Assembly: GCA_964370545.1 (NCBI GenBank)
Contig: CAYJJQ010000001.1
Span: 25,605-89,604, forward strand
DNA: 64,000 nucleotides
Reading direction: 5' to 3'
Source of the DNA: an uncultured Muribaculaceae bacterium
Lineage (GTDB): Bacteria; Bacillota_I; Bacilli_A; RF39; UBA660
Made by a program: the position numbers and the translations under genes. Below the pieces are notes generated by a model, which was not told the origin of the DNA, made no database searches, and saw nothing but the letters and a program-made list of their open reading frames with translations. How positions within the stretch are numbered: position 1 is the stretch's first letter; each line of letters opens with the position of its first letter. This document shows positions 49,680 through 60,346 of this stretch, piece after piece.

Positions 49680-50059
49680 TGTACATTTCTTTTGATGATT
49701 TTAAACAGTATAAAACTACACTTATAAATGATGATAATTATATAGATAAGCTTATGACTTTAAATGGTGAAATTGAAGAATGCTTAGATATTTTTCGAGT
49801 GGGAAAAAATAAAGGAATACTAGAATTCGAAGATGATTTAATAAAAGAGATTAAAAAAATGAATGTTGCTTTAAGTAGTATTTTAGTTTTTTTACACTAT
49901 AGTTCTACAAACCAATTTATTAATAAGGAATTATATGATAAACTAGTATTATATATAGTAACACTTAGTATTGGTGTTGAAAGTGAGTATGAAGAAGTAA
50001 TGAATCAGTTAAGGGAATATTTAGAAAGTATTGCTGATGATTACGAAAGAAAGTTGTGA
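49679..50059 (+). CDS. hypothetical protein
   Basis: Start overlaps the upstream stop (TAATG); 126 aa. Confidence 0.35.
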   Translation: MYISFDDFKQYKTTLINDDNYIDKLMTLNGEIEECLDIFRVGKNKGILEFEDDLIKEIKKMNVALSSILVFLHYSSTNQFINKELYDKLVLYIVTLSIGVESEYEEVMNQLREYLESIADDYERKL

Positions 50060-50063
50060 TAAA

Positions 50064-51374
50064 ATGAAAAAATATTATTGTCTTGGGATAAAGGGCGCAG
50101 GAATGTCTACGCTTGCTCAAATATTACATGATTTAGGTAACGAAGTAATTGGATATGATGATGTAACTGATTATAAGTTTACAGAAGATAATTTAATAAA
50201 AAGAAACATTAAAATATATAGTGATGATAGTTTAAAATTAAATGATGATATTATATTAACTTATAGTGCAGCTTTTAGCTTAGATCATAAAGAAATAATA
50301 AGAGCAAAAAATTCTGGTATAAAAATTCAAAAGTATAATGAAATTATTGCGGAAGTTATAGATTTATTTTCAAGTATTGGTGTAAGTGGTACTCATGGAA
50401 AAACTACTACTTCATCAATGATAAAACATATTTTAGAAAATGAAATTGGATGTAATTATTTTGTAGGTGCTGGAGAAGGTAAAGTAAATAAGGAAAATAA
50501 ATATTTTGTAGTTGAATCAGATGAATTTAATAGACATTTTACTTTATATAAACCAGCGTATTCAGTAATTACTAATATTGAAGAAGAGCACATGGAAATA
50601 TATAAAGATATAGAAGATATAAAAAGTGCCTTTGAAATATTTGCAAATAATACAAGTGAGTTAGTAGTTGCTTGTGGTGATAATTTAAATGTTAGAAATT
50701 TAAATTATCAAAAGCCAGTTAAATTTTATGGTTTTAACGAGGATAATACTGTTGTTATAAAAAACGTTAAATTAACAGAAACTGGATCTAACTTTGATTT
50801 ATATGAAGATAATAAATTAATAGGTAATTTTGATTTACCAATGTTTGGTAAACATATGGTACTTAATTCAGTAGCTGCTATTATAATTACAAGTATGTTA
50901 GGAATAAGTGTTGATAAAATAAAAAAACATTTAAATTCTTTTGAAAATGCAACAAGAAGATTTGCAGAAATCAAAATGAATGATATAATCATCATAGATG
51001 ATTATGCACATCATCCTACTGAAATTAAAGTTACTTTAGAAGCAGTTAGACAAAAGTATCCAACTAAAAAATTAGTTGCAGTATTTAAACCTAATACATA
51101 TTCAAGAACAAAAGATTTTAAAGAAGATTTTATTAGTTCTTTAAGTATTGCTGATAAAGTTTATTTAACTCCTATAGATAGTAATAGAGAGAAAAGTGAG
51201 AATTACCCAGGTATATCATCATTTAATATAATAAATGGTATAGATAATGCTGAATTAATTGATTTAGATACAATTAATAAATTAGAAATATATAAAGACT
51301 CTGTTATATGTTTTATGAGCTGTGCATATGTAGATAAGCTTATTAAAAAATATCAAGAGTTAATAAGAAATTAA
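50064..51374 (+). CDS. murC: UDP-N-acetylmuramate--L-alanine ligase
   Basis: ATG 50064 gives MKKYYCLGIKGAGMSTLAQIL (MurC N-terminal Rossmann motif). Mur ligase P-loop GVSGTHGKTTTSSMI. About 436 aa. Confidence 0.85.
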   Translation: MKKYYCLGIKGAGMSTLAQILHDLGNEVIGYDDVTDYKFTEDNLIKRNIKIYSDDSLKLNDDIILTYSAAFSLDHKEIIRAKNSGIKIQKYNEIIAEVIDLFSSIGVSGTHGKTTTSSMIKHILENEIGCNYFVGAGEGKVNKENKYFVVESDEFNRHFTLYKPAYSVITNIEEEHMEIYKDIEDIKSAFEIFANNTSELVVACGDNLNVRNLNYQKPVKFYGFNEDNTVVIKNVKLTETGSNFDLYEDNKLIGNFDLPMFGKHMVLNSVAAIIITSMLGISVDKIKKHLNSFENATRRFAEIKMNDIIIIDDYAHHPTEIKVTLEAVRQKYPTKKLVAVFKPNTYSRTKDFKEDFISSLSIADKVYLTPIDSNREKSENYPGISSFNIINGIDNAELIDLDTINKLEIYKDSVICFMSCAYVDKLIKKYQELIRN

Positions 51375-51385
51375 AGGAGAGTAAA

Positions 51386-51955
51386 ATGGAAAATTTTGAT
51401 ACTAGAGAATTTATAAAATCATTAATAGTACCTGTTATAGTATTGCTACTTATAACTACTACTATATTTGTATATGTTAATTATATAAGAAAACCTTATT
51501 CAGATGAAGAAATATTTAAATATGGTAATGTAACTAAAGTAGAAGAAAACAAGTTTTATTTAGGATCAGGAGAATTATTTGAAATAGATTCTGAAACTAC
51601 TTATACAAATAGTAGAGATGATATAGAATTAACTGAAGATATATTAGAAGATAATTATGTAGAATTTAAATATATAACTAATGGAGAAACTAATTTAGTT
51701 ACAGATATTACTTTAAATATTAATCCAGTATTTGTAGGAACTATTATAGAGGTTACTAACTTAAAAGCAGTAGTAGAACCTAATGAAGATGAAACGTATA
51801 TTAGATCTAGTGCAGATAAAGTATATGTATCACTACCTGATAATTCAAATTATAGTGTAGGTGATGTAATAACTGTTAGATATGATGGAAGATTAATGGA
51901 AAGTTATCCACTTCAAATAATAACAAAATCAGTAGATGGAGTAGTGGTTAGTTAA
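51386..51955 (+). CDS. hypothetical membrane-anchored protein
   Basis: RBS AAAGGAGAG. One N-terminal TM. Translationally coupled to the sigma factor gene. Confidence 0.35.
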   Translation: MENFDTREFIKSLIVPVIVLLLITTTIFVYVNYIRKPYSDEEIFKYGNVTKVEENKFYLGSGELFEIDSETTYTNSRDDIELTEDILEDNYVEFKYITNGETNLVTDITLNINPVFVGTIIEVTNLKAVVEPNEDETYIRSSADKVYVSLPDNSNYSVGDVITVRYDGRLMESYPLQIITKSVDGVVVS

Positions 51956-52593
51956 TGGAGCTTGAAAAAACTATTCTTCTTACGCCAGAAGAAGAAAAGG
52001 ATTTATTTTCAAGATATAAAAATGGGGAAAAACAATTAGAAGAAAGATTAATTCTTAGTAATATGGGTTTAGTATATTTCATAATGCATAAATATAAAAA
52101 AAATTCTCCCTATGAAGAAGAAGATTTAGTACAATATGGAATAGAAGCTTTAATAAAAGCAGTAAGAAAATTTGATGTAGATAAAGGTGTAAGATTTAAT
52201 TCTTATGCATTTATGGTAATAGAAAAATATCTTATTACTCTTTATAATAAAAGAGATAAATCTCTTGATACGCATGTAGTAACATCATTAAATGAATTAA
52301 TAGGTGATTCAGAAACTGAATTAGGTAGTTTACTAGAAGATACTGATATAATACTCGAAAGTAATATTTTTAAAGAGCAAGACAAAGAAACAGTAGCTAA
52401 ACTTTTTGAAGCTTTAACTGATAGAGAAAGACTAATTATTTCATATAAGTATGGATTTACTGGCACAGTATATAGTTATAGACAAATAAAAACTATATTA
52501 AATATATCAGTAGAAAGAATAAGACAAATAGAATTTAAAGCCTTAAGAAAAATGAGAATTATGAATGAAAAAAATAACATTGCAACTAGATAA
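51955..52593 (+). CDS. sigma-70 family RNA polymerase sigma factor (small, 212 aa)
   Basis: Region 2 (ERLILSNMGLVYFIMHKY) and a region 4 HTH (YRQIKTILNISVERIRQIEFKALRKMR). Confidence 0.6.
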   Translation: MELEKTILLTPEEEKDLFSRYKNGEKQLEERLILSNMGLVYFIMHKYKKNSPYEEEDLVQYGIEALIKAVRKFDVDKGVRFNSYAFMVIEKYLITLYNKRDKSLDTHVVTSLNELIGDSETELGSLLEDTDIILESNIFKEQDKETVAKLFEALTDRERLIISYKYGFTGTVYSYRQIKTILNISVERIRQIEFKALRKMRIMNEKNNIATR

Positions 52594-52635
52594 TGTTATT
52601 TTTTAATGATATAATAAAAATAGAAATGAGGTATT

Positions 52636-53334
52636 ATGAAAGATATAACAATAATAATTCCATCTTTAAGTCCAGATGAAAAATTACTTAAATTAGTAAA
52701 GGAGTTAAACAAATTAGATTTTAAAGATATCATTATAGTTAATGATGGAAGTAAAAAAGAGTTTGACAAATATTTTGAAGAATTATCTTTAAATAAAACT
52801 TGCCATATTTTATATCATAAAGTTAATAAAGGTAAAGGTGCAGCTTTAAAAACAGCATATAAATATATAATAGAAAATAGACCTAAAACTAAGGCTGTAG
52901 CAACTATAGATGCTGATGGACAGCATTTACCTAAAGATGTAAAAAGATGTATTGAATATATGCTTACTAAAGAAGGTAATGTAGTATTTGGAGTAAGAGA
53001 TTTTAATGAAGATAATATACCTTTTAGAAGTAGATTCGGTAATAAAGTAACAGCGTTTGTATTTAGGGTTTTATGTAAAATGAAATTATCAGATACTCAA
53101 ACAGGTTTAAGAATAATACCTGCTATATATTTAAAAGATATGTTAAAAGTTGAAGGTGAAAGATTCGAATATGAAACTAATATCTTAATATATATATCTA
53201 AAAATAAAATTCCATATAGTGAAGTTAAAATAGACACGGTTTATATTGAGAATAATAGAACTTCACATTTTAGACCAATAAAAGATTCTATGAAAATATA
53301 TAAAGTAATATTAAAATCTAAATTTAAGAAGTAG
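52636..53334 (+). CDS. family 2 glycosyltransferase (polyprenol-phosphate sugar transferase-like)
   Basis: IIVNDGSKKE, IDADGQH (DxD) and TQTGLR motifs. Confidence 0.6.
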   Translation: MKDITIIIPSLSPDEKLLKLVKELNKLDFKDIIIVNDGSKKEFDKYFEELSLNKTCHILYHKVNKGKGAALKTAYKYIIENRPKTKAVATIDADGQHLPKDVKRCIEYMLTKEGNVVFGVRDFNEDNIPFRSRFGNKVTAFVFRVLCKMKLSDTQTGLRIIPAIYLKDMLKVEGERFEYETNILIYISKNKIPYSEVKIDTVYIENNRTSHFRPIKDSMKIYKVILKSKFKK

Positions 53335-53341
53335 TGATATA

Positions 53342-54322
53342 GTGAAAGTATTAAAAGTAATAAATAGAGTGTTTATAGTTATAGGAGTTATTCTAAGTTT
53401 AACAGTAGTGTTATTATTAGGAGGTTTAGCAATTACTTATTATGGACCTTCAAGTGAAGCAAGAGATCTTCTTGTAACATCTCTTGCGGAGTCTAGTTTT
53501 GGAAAATATGTTAATTACATATATTTTTCTGATGATGAAATAAAAGAAATAAGAGAAAATAATAGTGTAGGAGAGATTACTGATGTAACAGATACATCTT
53601 TAGTAGATACTACTGTAGATAGTTCTAAACCAAACCTAATTATAGAAGATGTTTACGGTAGCACCTTCACTGGAAAAATGATGATTATTAATGATCCTTC
53701 TACAGTATTTGTTGGAGTATCATCTCCATCATTTTCTAGTGCCAAACCAGGAAAAAAAGTTGATGAGATGATTGAGTACTACGGAGCTGTAGCAGGAGTT
53801 AATGCTGGAGGTTTTGTAGATACAGGCGGAGTAGGTAATGGTGGCATGCCTCTTGGTATTGTAATAAGTGAAGGTAAATTATTAAATGGTAGTTTAAAAA
53901 GTACTTATGAAGTAATAGGTATAGATACAGATAATAAATTAATAATAGGAAAAATGACAGGTCAAGAAGCAATAGATAAAAACATAAGAGACGCTGTTAG
54001 TTTTGGTCCAGCTCTAATAGTTAATGGTAATCCTTTAGAAGTAAAAGGGATGGGATCTGGACTTAATCCTAGAACAGCAATAGGACAAACAAAAGATGGC
54101 AAGATGTTACTTCTTGCAATTAACGGTAGACAAGCAAATAGTTTGGGAGCTAGTATGGCAGACGTAATAAAAGTTATGCTTGATTATGATGCTGTTAATG
54201 CAGCTAATTTAGATGGTGGAAGCTCCACAGTTATGTATGAAGGACCAACACTTATTAACACTTGTGCATCACTTTATGGACCTAGAGATATTCCTACTGC
54301 AATTATAGTAGGTGCAAAATGA
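53342..54322 (+). CDS. phosphodiester glycosidase (NAGPA-domain) family protein, membrane-anchored
   Basis: GTG start. GVNAGGF...PRTAIGQTKDGKMLLLAINGRQANSLGASMADVIKVMLDYDAVNAANLDGGSSTVMY matches the NAGPA domain. Confidence 0.55.
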   Translation: MKVLKVINRVFIVIGVILSLTVVLLLGGLAITYYGPSSEARDLLVTSLAESSFGKYVNYIYFSDDEIKEIRENNSVGEITDVTDTSLVDTTVDSSKPNLIIEDVYGSTFTGKMMIINDPSTVFVGVSSPSFSSAKPGKKVDEMIEYYGAVAGVNAGGFVDTGGVGNGGMPLGIVISEGKLLNGSLKSTYEVIGIDTDNKLIIGKMTGQEAIDKNIRDAVSFGPALIVNGNPLEVKGMGSGLNPRTAIGQTKDGKMLLLAINGRQANSLGASMADVIKVMLDYDAVNAANLDGGSSTVMYEGPTLINTCASLYGPRDIPTAIIVGAK

Positions 54323-55398
54323 TAAATTATTTTAATAAAAGAACAAAATTTGGAAAAATAGTTATTATTAGCAGTTTAATTACTATTTTATTTATAATAA
54401 CATTTTGGGTATGGCTATACTTTAAACTTGATGCCTATCAAAAAACAACATCAACATATGGATTAGAAACAGTTACTAACATTGTTTTAGATAATTCATA
54501 TGATGAATTATCAAAGCTTACTACTTTAAATAAAAATGAATTTGAAACAAAAAATAATGTAGTTTCATCAATAAAAAACTATATTAATGATAATACACCA
54601 AATTATATAAAAAACTTAAAAGACTCAACTGAGGATTTATTAATATATGATATTAAAGAAGATAATAATATTTTAGGAACTGTTACTTTAGAAAGAAAAG
54701 ATGGTAAAGTTAAATGGAAACCTATAAATGTTACATATAACAATACTGTATATAATGTTAATATCTCAGTGCCGGAGGGTAGTAAGGTATATATTAATGA
54801 TATTTTAGTAAGTGAAAAATATTTAGTAGATAAAGTTAAATATGCAGCACTTGAAAGAGTGTCTGAAGATATATCAATGCCTTATTTAGAAAATTATAAA
54901 ATAGATAATTTTTATAATATACCAACTATTATAGTTAAAGATGAAAATAGTAACTCTGTTACAATGAATAAAAAAGAAAATAATGAAACTATTACCTATG
55001 AATCTAAAGTTAATAGTTTAAGTGTAGATAATACTTTTGAGCATTATGACATGATAATTAATGATGCTAAAACTTATTCTAAGTTTACTAGTGAAGATGC
55101 AAGTTTTACTCAGATAGCTTCTAGAATGGAAAAAGGTAGTGTTATATACAACAATTTAAGAACTATGGAAGTATGGTGGTATCTTGATCATGAAAAAATA
55201 GATTTTTCAGATATTACTGTAAGTAATTTAATAAATTATTCAGAAACTTTATTTTCTGTAGATGTAAAATATACATACTATGTATATAGAAAAGGTAAAG
55301 AATTTGAATATCCAACAAATATTACTATTACATATTATGAAGATAATGGAAAATGGTTAATAGGAGATTTACAAATAATAAGTGGTGAAAATACATGA
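54319..55398 (+). CDS. hypothetical membrane-anchored extracellular protein
   Basis: N-terminal TM; overlaps both neighbours by 4 nt. Confidence 0.35.
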   Translation: MINYFNKRTKFGKIVIISSLITILFIITFWVWLYFKLDAYQKTTSTYGLETVTNIVLDNSYDELSKLTTLNKNEFETKNNVVSSIKNYINDNTPNYIKNLKDSTEDLLIYDIKEDNNILGTVTLERKDGKVKWKPINVTYNNTVYNVNISVPEGSKVYINDILVSEKYLVDKVKYAALERVSEDISMPYLENYKIDNFYNIPTIIVKDENSNSVTMNKKENNETITYESKVNSLSVDNTFEHYDMIINDAKTYSKFTSEDASFTQIASRMEKGSVIYNNLRTMEVWWYLDHEKIDFSDITVSNLINYSETLFSVDVKYTYYVYRKGKEFEYPTNITITYYEDNGKWLIGDLQIISGENT

Positions 55399-56618
55399 AA
55401 AAAATAATTTTTATATTACTTTTAAATACACTATATATAACTTCAGTATCTGCTACTGAAGTTATATATAATGATAAAAATTATAGTAGTCTAACTGATG
55501 GTAAAACATCCACTTGTTTAGAAGTAGATAATAAGAGTATACAAATAAATTCAGATAGTAATATTTATGGACTATATTTAAAATGGGAAGACTATCCTTC
55601 TTCTGGCATCACCGTTACTCACGGTGATCACAAAGTAGAACATAATACAGGATATTTTCAAGATTACATAGAACTTAAAAGTAATGAATTAAATGCTGAT
55701 TTAAATATTAATAGTAAAGGTAAACTTTGTGAAGTAGAAGTAGTCACGACAGAAGCAGAAAAAGAAAACATTCATGTTTGGGAAGCTCCACATGATAAAG
55801 CTGATTTTTTATTTCTTCCTACACATGCAGATGATGAAATTTTATTTTTTGGTGGAGCTTTAGCGACATATGCTAATATGGAAAATGTTACTATCCAAGT
55901 AGCTTATTTAGTTAACCATGCAAATACACCTTATAGACAACAAGAACTATTAAATGGATTATGGGAAAGTGGAATTAGAAATTATCCAATAATACCAGAA
56001 TTTTATGATTACAAGAGTTCATCACTTGATCATGCTAAAGGTTTATATGATTTAGAAGAAATGCTTGATTATCAGAAAGGGCTTATAGAAAGATTTAAAC
56101 CGCAAGTCGTTGTAGGTCATGATGTTAATGGAGAGTATGGTCATGGAGTTCACATGCTTAATACTCATTTATTACTTCAAGCTATTAAAGAAACAGAGTA
56201 TACTCCAAAGAAATTATATCTACATTTATATGATTTAAATCCAATTATATTAGATGTGGATACACCACTTGAAAATTTTGGTGGTTTAACAGCATTTGAA
56301 GTTGCAACAAATTCATTTGCTCATCATGCTTCACAATCTATATATTATGAAGTTAAAAAATCAAGTTGGTATGATATTAGAAAATTTGGATTAGCTCACA
56401 GTACAGTGGGTATAGATATGGGGCATGATATGCTTGAAAATATAACTACGTATTATGATCAAGATAATGCTGTAATATTAGATGAAGATGACCTTAATAT
56501 ATTATTTCCATCTTCAGAAAAAGATTTAAGTTCTTATTATCCTTATTTAATAGTAATTGGATCTTTAATAGTATTATTAATTATTTGTATTATTTTAAAT
56601 AGAAAAAAAAGAAATTGA
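55395..56618 (+). CDS. PIG-L/LmbE-family deacetylase, secreted with C-terminal TM anchor
   Basis: Signal peptide, HADDEILFFGG (PIG-L A[HP]DDE motif), C-terminal TM plus NRKKRN. Confidence 0.55.
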   Translation: MKKIIFILLLNTLYITSVSATEVIYNDKNYSSLTDGKTSTCLEVDNKSIQINSDSNIYGLYLKWEDYPSSGITVTHGDHKVEHNTGYFQDYIELKSNELNADLNINSKGKLCEVEVVTTEAEKENIHVWEAPHDKADFLFLPTHADDEILFFGGALATYANMENVTIQVAYLVNHANTPYRQQELLNGLWESGIRNYPIIPEFYDYKSSSLDHAKGLYDLEEMLDYQKGLIERFKPQVVVGHDVNGEYGHGVHMLNTHLLLQAIKETEYTPKKLYLHLYDLNPIILDVDTPLENFGGLTAFEVATNSFAHHASQSIYYEVKKSSWYDIRKFGLAHSTVGIDMGHDMLENITTYYDQDNAVILDEDDLNILFPSSEKDLSSYYPYLIVIGSLIVLLIICIILNRKKRN

Positions 56619-56636
56619 TTTAATTTTAATTAAAAA

Positions 56637-56666
56637 AATAATCTCAAACGAGATTATTTTTTATTT
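56637..56666. terminator. bidirectional rho-independent terminator
   Basis: AATAATCTC-AAAC-GAGATTATT stem-loop followed by TTTTTATTT. Lies between the convergent genes ending at 56618 and 56661. Confidence 0.6.
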
Positions 56667-57038
56667 GTTTACTGAACTTGATAAAATATCTAGATGTTCT
56701 AATACTAAACCAAACCATTTAATAAATGCTTCTGTTATCATACCTATTATTACAAACAGTGCAGCAGAAATTAACCCTACTATTAATGACATTCCATCAC
56801 TATCGTTTGTAAATACTAAACCAAATATAGTCATACCAGCAGCACTAATATAATAAAGTATTTTAATAAATTTAGCATAACCTTTTATTTTACTAGCAGC
56901 ACTTAAAGTTTCTTTGCTTAAAAAAGAGCTTTTAGTTTTATTAGAACTTTTTTTAGCAGGTGTATTTTCATAACCACAATTACTACAAAAGTTTTCTCCT
57001 GATTCTAGTTCAGTTCCACACTCAACGCATTTTCTCAT
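56661..57038 (-). CDS. zinc-ribbon membrane protein
   Basis: N-terminal CVECGTELESGENFCSNCG (a CxxC...CxxC ribbon) and two C-terminal TM helices. Confidence 0.45.
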   Translation of the reverse strand: MRKCVECGTELESGENFCSNCGYENTPAKKSSNKTKSSFLSKETLSAASKIKGYAKFIKILYYISAAGMTIFGLVFTNDSDGMSLIVGLISAALFVIIGMITEAFIKWFGLVLEHLDILSSSVNK

Positions 57039-57124
57039 ATTTACCTCTCCTTATGAGGATATTATAGCATATTTTACTTTTAAATAAAATGAAAATAGGG
57101 TATAATATTAATTAGGAGAAATGT

Positions 57125-58165
57125 ATGAATTTATTAGTAAACGATATAAATATTTTTATAATAGTTTTAGTTACATTTATGGCAAGTGTATTGTTAGTGC
57201 CTGTGTCTAAAAAAATTGCTCATCATGTGGGTGCGATTGATATGCCAGATGAAAGAAAAGTGCATACTAAACCAATGCCTAGATTAGGTGGCTTAGCGAT
57301 TTTTGGAGCATTTTTATTAGGATACATTCTATTTGGAGATTTAACAGTTCAAATGGTATCAATTTTAATAGGTGGATTTATTATAGTTCTTATGGGTTTT
57401 ATAGATGATATTAAACCTATACGAGCTAGATATAAATTTTTGGTTCAGTTAGTAGCTGCAACTATAGCTGTATTCTATGGAGGTTTAGAAATAAATTATA
57501 TAAGTTTTTTCGGGTATAGTTTAGATTTTATCACACCAATAAATTACTTAGTTACAGTTATATTTATTGTTGCAATTGCAAATGCAATTAATTTAATAGA
57601 TGGATTAGATGGCCTTGCTGCTGGAGTATCTTCTATATATTTTACTACAATAGCGGTTATTACTTTAATACTTAATTTAACTGGTGGTTTAAGCATAGTG
57701 CTTACTTTAGTTATGTTAGGAGCGACTTTAGGATTTTTACTTTATAACTTTAATCCAGCTTCCATATTTATGGGAGATTCTGGAAGTTTATTTTTAGGAT
57801 ATATGATAGCAGTAATATCACTTTTGAATTTTAAAACTGCTGCAATAACATCACTTATAGTTCCAATACTAATTTTATCTATACCAATACTGGATACATT
57901 ATTTGCTATCCTTAGAAGGCTTATAAAAAAACAATCAATTGGTACTCCTGATAAAGAACATTTACATCATCAATTTTTAAAAATGAAATTTTCTAAAAGA
58001 GTTACTGTATTAGTAATATACATGATAAATATTATGTTTTCAGTTGTTTCAGTATTGTTTGTAACGGGTTATAATGAAATTGCAGTAGCATTATATGTTG
58101 TATTAATGATAGGATTATTATTTATGGTGTTGAAAACAAATTTGTTATTTGATAATAAAAAATAA
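57125..58165 (+). CDS. MraY/WecA-family UDP-GlcNAc:undecaprenyl-phosphate GlcNAc-1-phosphate transferase (TagO-like)
   Basis: Polytopic membrane protein with MPDERKVHTKPMPRLGG, DDIKPI and NAINLIDGLDGLA motifs. Confidence 0.7.
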   Translation: MNLLVNDINIFIIVLVTFMASVLLVPVSKKIAHHVGAIDMPDERKVHTKPMPRLGGLAIFGAFLLGYILFGDLTVQMVSILIGGFIIVLMGFIDDIKPIRARYKFLVQLVAATIAVFYGGLEINYISFFGYSLDFITPINYLVTVIFIVAIANAINLIDGLDGLAAGVSSIYFTTIAVITLILNLTGGLSIVLTLVMLGATLGFLLYNFNPASIFMGDSGSLFLGYMIAVISLLNFKTAAITSLIVPILILSIPILDTLFAILRRLIKKQSIGTPDKEHLHHQFLKMKFSKRVTVLVIYMINIMFSVVSVLFVTGYNEIAVALYVVLMIGLLFMVLKTNLLFDNKK

Positions 58166-58216
58166 TTTGCTAGTTGAACTATATAAATACCTATATAAAT
58201 ATGCGAAAGAGGAATT

Positions 58217-58915
58217 ATGAAAGAACACTATAAAAAATTGTATAAGGATGGGGAAATAGAATATTTTAAATATTTAAAAAAAATATTATTATCAAATAGA
58301 AAGAAAATAATAGTAACAGTTAACCCAGAAACTCTTATGCAATCAAAAAATGATAATAAAATAAATGAAATGTTAAAACATGAAGAAATAAGTTTAGTAC
58401 CAGATGGAATATCGGTAGTAAAGAAAGCTAGATTAAATAAAAGCAAAATTAAAAGCCGTATAACAGGTATAGATATTTCAAATGAATTACTTTTCCTGTG
58501 TAACAAATATAAAAAATCAATGTGTATATTTGGAGCAGATGAAGTTACTTTAAAAAAAGCAATAAAAAAAATTAAAAAAGATTATCCACAAATTAAGATT
58601 TTAGGATATCAAAATGGATTTGTTGAAAATAAAGAATTAGAATTCCAAAAATTAATTAAATTAAAGCCGAATGTATGCTTAGTAGCGCTTGGTATTCCAT
58701 TACAAGAAAAATTAATTTATGGAAACTATGAATATATCGATAATGGAATATATATTGGCGTAGGCGGATCCATCGATGTAATTTCAGGAAGCAAAAAGAG
58801 AGCTCCAAAATTATTTGTTAAAATGAATTGTGAATGGTTATATAGAATTATTACTGAGCCAAAAAGAATAAAAAGATTTGTTAAAAATAATATTGTATTT
58901 ATATTAAAAAGATAA
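58217..58915 (+). CDS. WecB/TagA/CpsF-family glycosyltransferase (TagA-like)
   Basis: Size (232 aa) and core IIVTVNPE...LVPDGISVV...ALGIPLQE pattern fit the family. Confidence 0.55.
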   Translation: MKEHYKKLYKDGEIEYFKYLKKILLSNRKKIIVTVNPETLMQSKNDNKINEMLKHEEISLVPDGISVVKKARLNKSKIKSRITGIDISNELLFLCNKYKKSMCIFGADEVTLKKAIKKIKKDYPQIKILGYQNGFVENKELEFQKLIKLKPNVCLVALGIPLQEKLIYGNYEYIDNGIYIGVGGSIDVISGSKKRAPKLFVKMNCEWLYRIITEPKRIKRFVKNNIVFILKR

Positions 58916-58983
58916 ATTGATATTACACTGTAAAAGTGATATAATTTTATACGTAATAGAAAATAAGGAAGTGAGATTATTAT

Positions 58984-60345
58984 ATGGAGAAGAAATTAAA
59001 ATTAAATAAATTTATTTTTTATTTTATTATTTTTCAACCAATAATTGATTTAATGACCTCATTATTTGTTAGAAATCAAATCGGGATATTTTCGATAGGC
59101 ACAATTGTTAGAGCATTGTTTTTAGTTGCAATTCTTTTGATAACTTTTTTTTCAGCTTCAAAAAAACAAAAAATTGCTATAATAACATTTATAGGAATAG
59201 TAGTGTTATATGGTATAACATTTTTAAGTCTAAGTTATATTGATTTTGGAATGACTGGATTATTAACACAATGCCAAGATTTAATTAAAACGTTTTTTTA
59301 TCCAATTATATTAATTTGTTTTCTAGTGTTATATAAAAATGATAATCTGAAAATATCTTCAAAGTGTTTTTCATTTTCTTTGTTTTTGTATGGTATCATT
59401 ATATTTTTTTCTGCTATATTTGATATTGATTATTATAGTTATAATGAATGGACATATGGAACTGTAGGACTTTTTTATGCAGCAAATGAAATCGGTATGA
59501 TTGTTAGTTTGCTAGGCGCAATTATTATTGTTGATTGTTACAATATAAACAAAATCAACAGTTGGTCTATTTTTACGATAATAAATTTTCTCTTATATAT
59601 TTTTACTTCAACGCAATTAGGTACTAAAACCCCATTTTTTATTATGTGTGCATATTTATTGTTGTTTGTGTTATTTTTGATTTACAAACTTTTTATGAAT
59701 AAAAACAAATTTAATTTGATTAAGTTAATAGTTGTTCTATTGTTTTGCGTTTTTCTACTGTTTGGAATCAAGTATAGTAATGTTGGAAAAAATTTAAATA
59801 TAAATTTTCAAGCAGATATAATAAATATATTAGGAATTAATTCTACTTCTCCAGATGACAGTTTAAATTCTGAAGATGAATCTGAGGATAACCAAAATCC
59901 ATCTATAAATGATTTGAATATATTATTAAGTAGTAGAGATATATATAAAGCTGAAGCTAAAAAGTCTTATGGTGATGCAAATATTGCAAGAAAAATTATA
60001 GGATTGGGATATGTTGAAAAAATAGATGGAGAAATTATAAATAGAAAATTAGCAGAGATGGAATATTTTGATATATTATATTCTAATGGGTGGATAGGGT
60101 TTATAATTTATTTTTTACCGGTTATGGGAATTTTAATTTATGGAATTAATATAGTATTAAAAAATATAAAAAAAATAATGCTTAATTTCAAAATTTTAAT
60201 ATTGATTGCTTCTATTGCTTTAGCGTATATTAGTGCATTATTAGTAGGGCATGTTTTTACAGCACCTGCAGTTTCAACTATATTAACAATTATTATTATT
60301 TACACTTTAATTGAAATAGATAAATTAATTGGAAAGGAAAAATAG
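58984..60345 (+). CDS. polytopic membrane protein, possible Wzy/O-antigen-ligase-like glycopolymer polymerase
   Basis: More than 10 predicted TM helices with a ~90-aa external loop (NSTSPDDSLNSEDESEDNQNPS). Sits inside a glycosyltransferase cluster. No motif confirmation. Confidence 0.3.
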   Translation: MEKKLKLNKFIFYFIIFQPIIDLMTSLFVRNQIGIFSIGTIVRALFLVAILLITFFSASKKQKIAIITFIGIVVLYGITFLSLSYIDFGMTGLLTQCQDLIKTFFYPIILICFLVLYKNDNLKISSKCFSFSLFLYGIIIFFSAIFDIDYYSYNEWTYGTVGLFYAANEIGMIVSLLGAIIIVDCYNINKINSWSIFTIINFLLYIFTSTQLGTKTPFFIMCAYLLLFVLFLIYKLFMNKNKFNLIKLIVVLLFCVFLLFGIKYSNVGKNLNINFQADIINILGINSTSPDDSLNSEDESEDNQNPSINDLNILLSSRDIYKAEAKKSYGDANIARKIIGLGYVEKIDGEIINRKLAEMEYFDILYSNGWIGFIIYFLPVMGILIYGINIVLKNIKKIMLNFKILILIASIALAYISALLVGHVFTAPAVSTILTIIIIYTLIEIDKLIGKEK

Positions 60346-60346
60346 T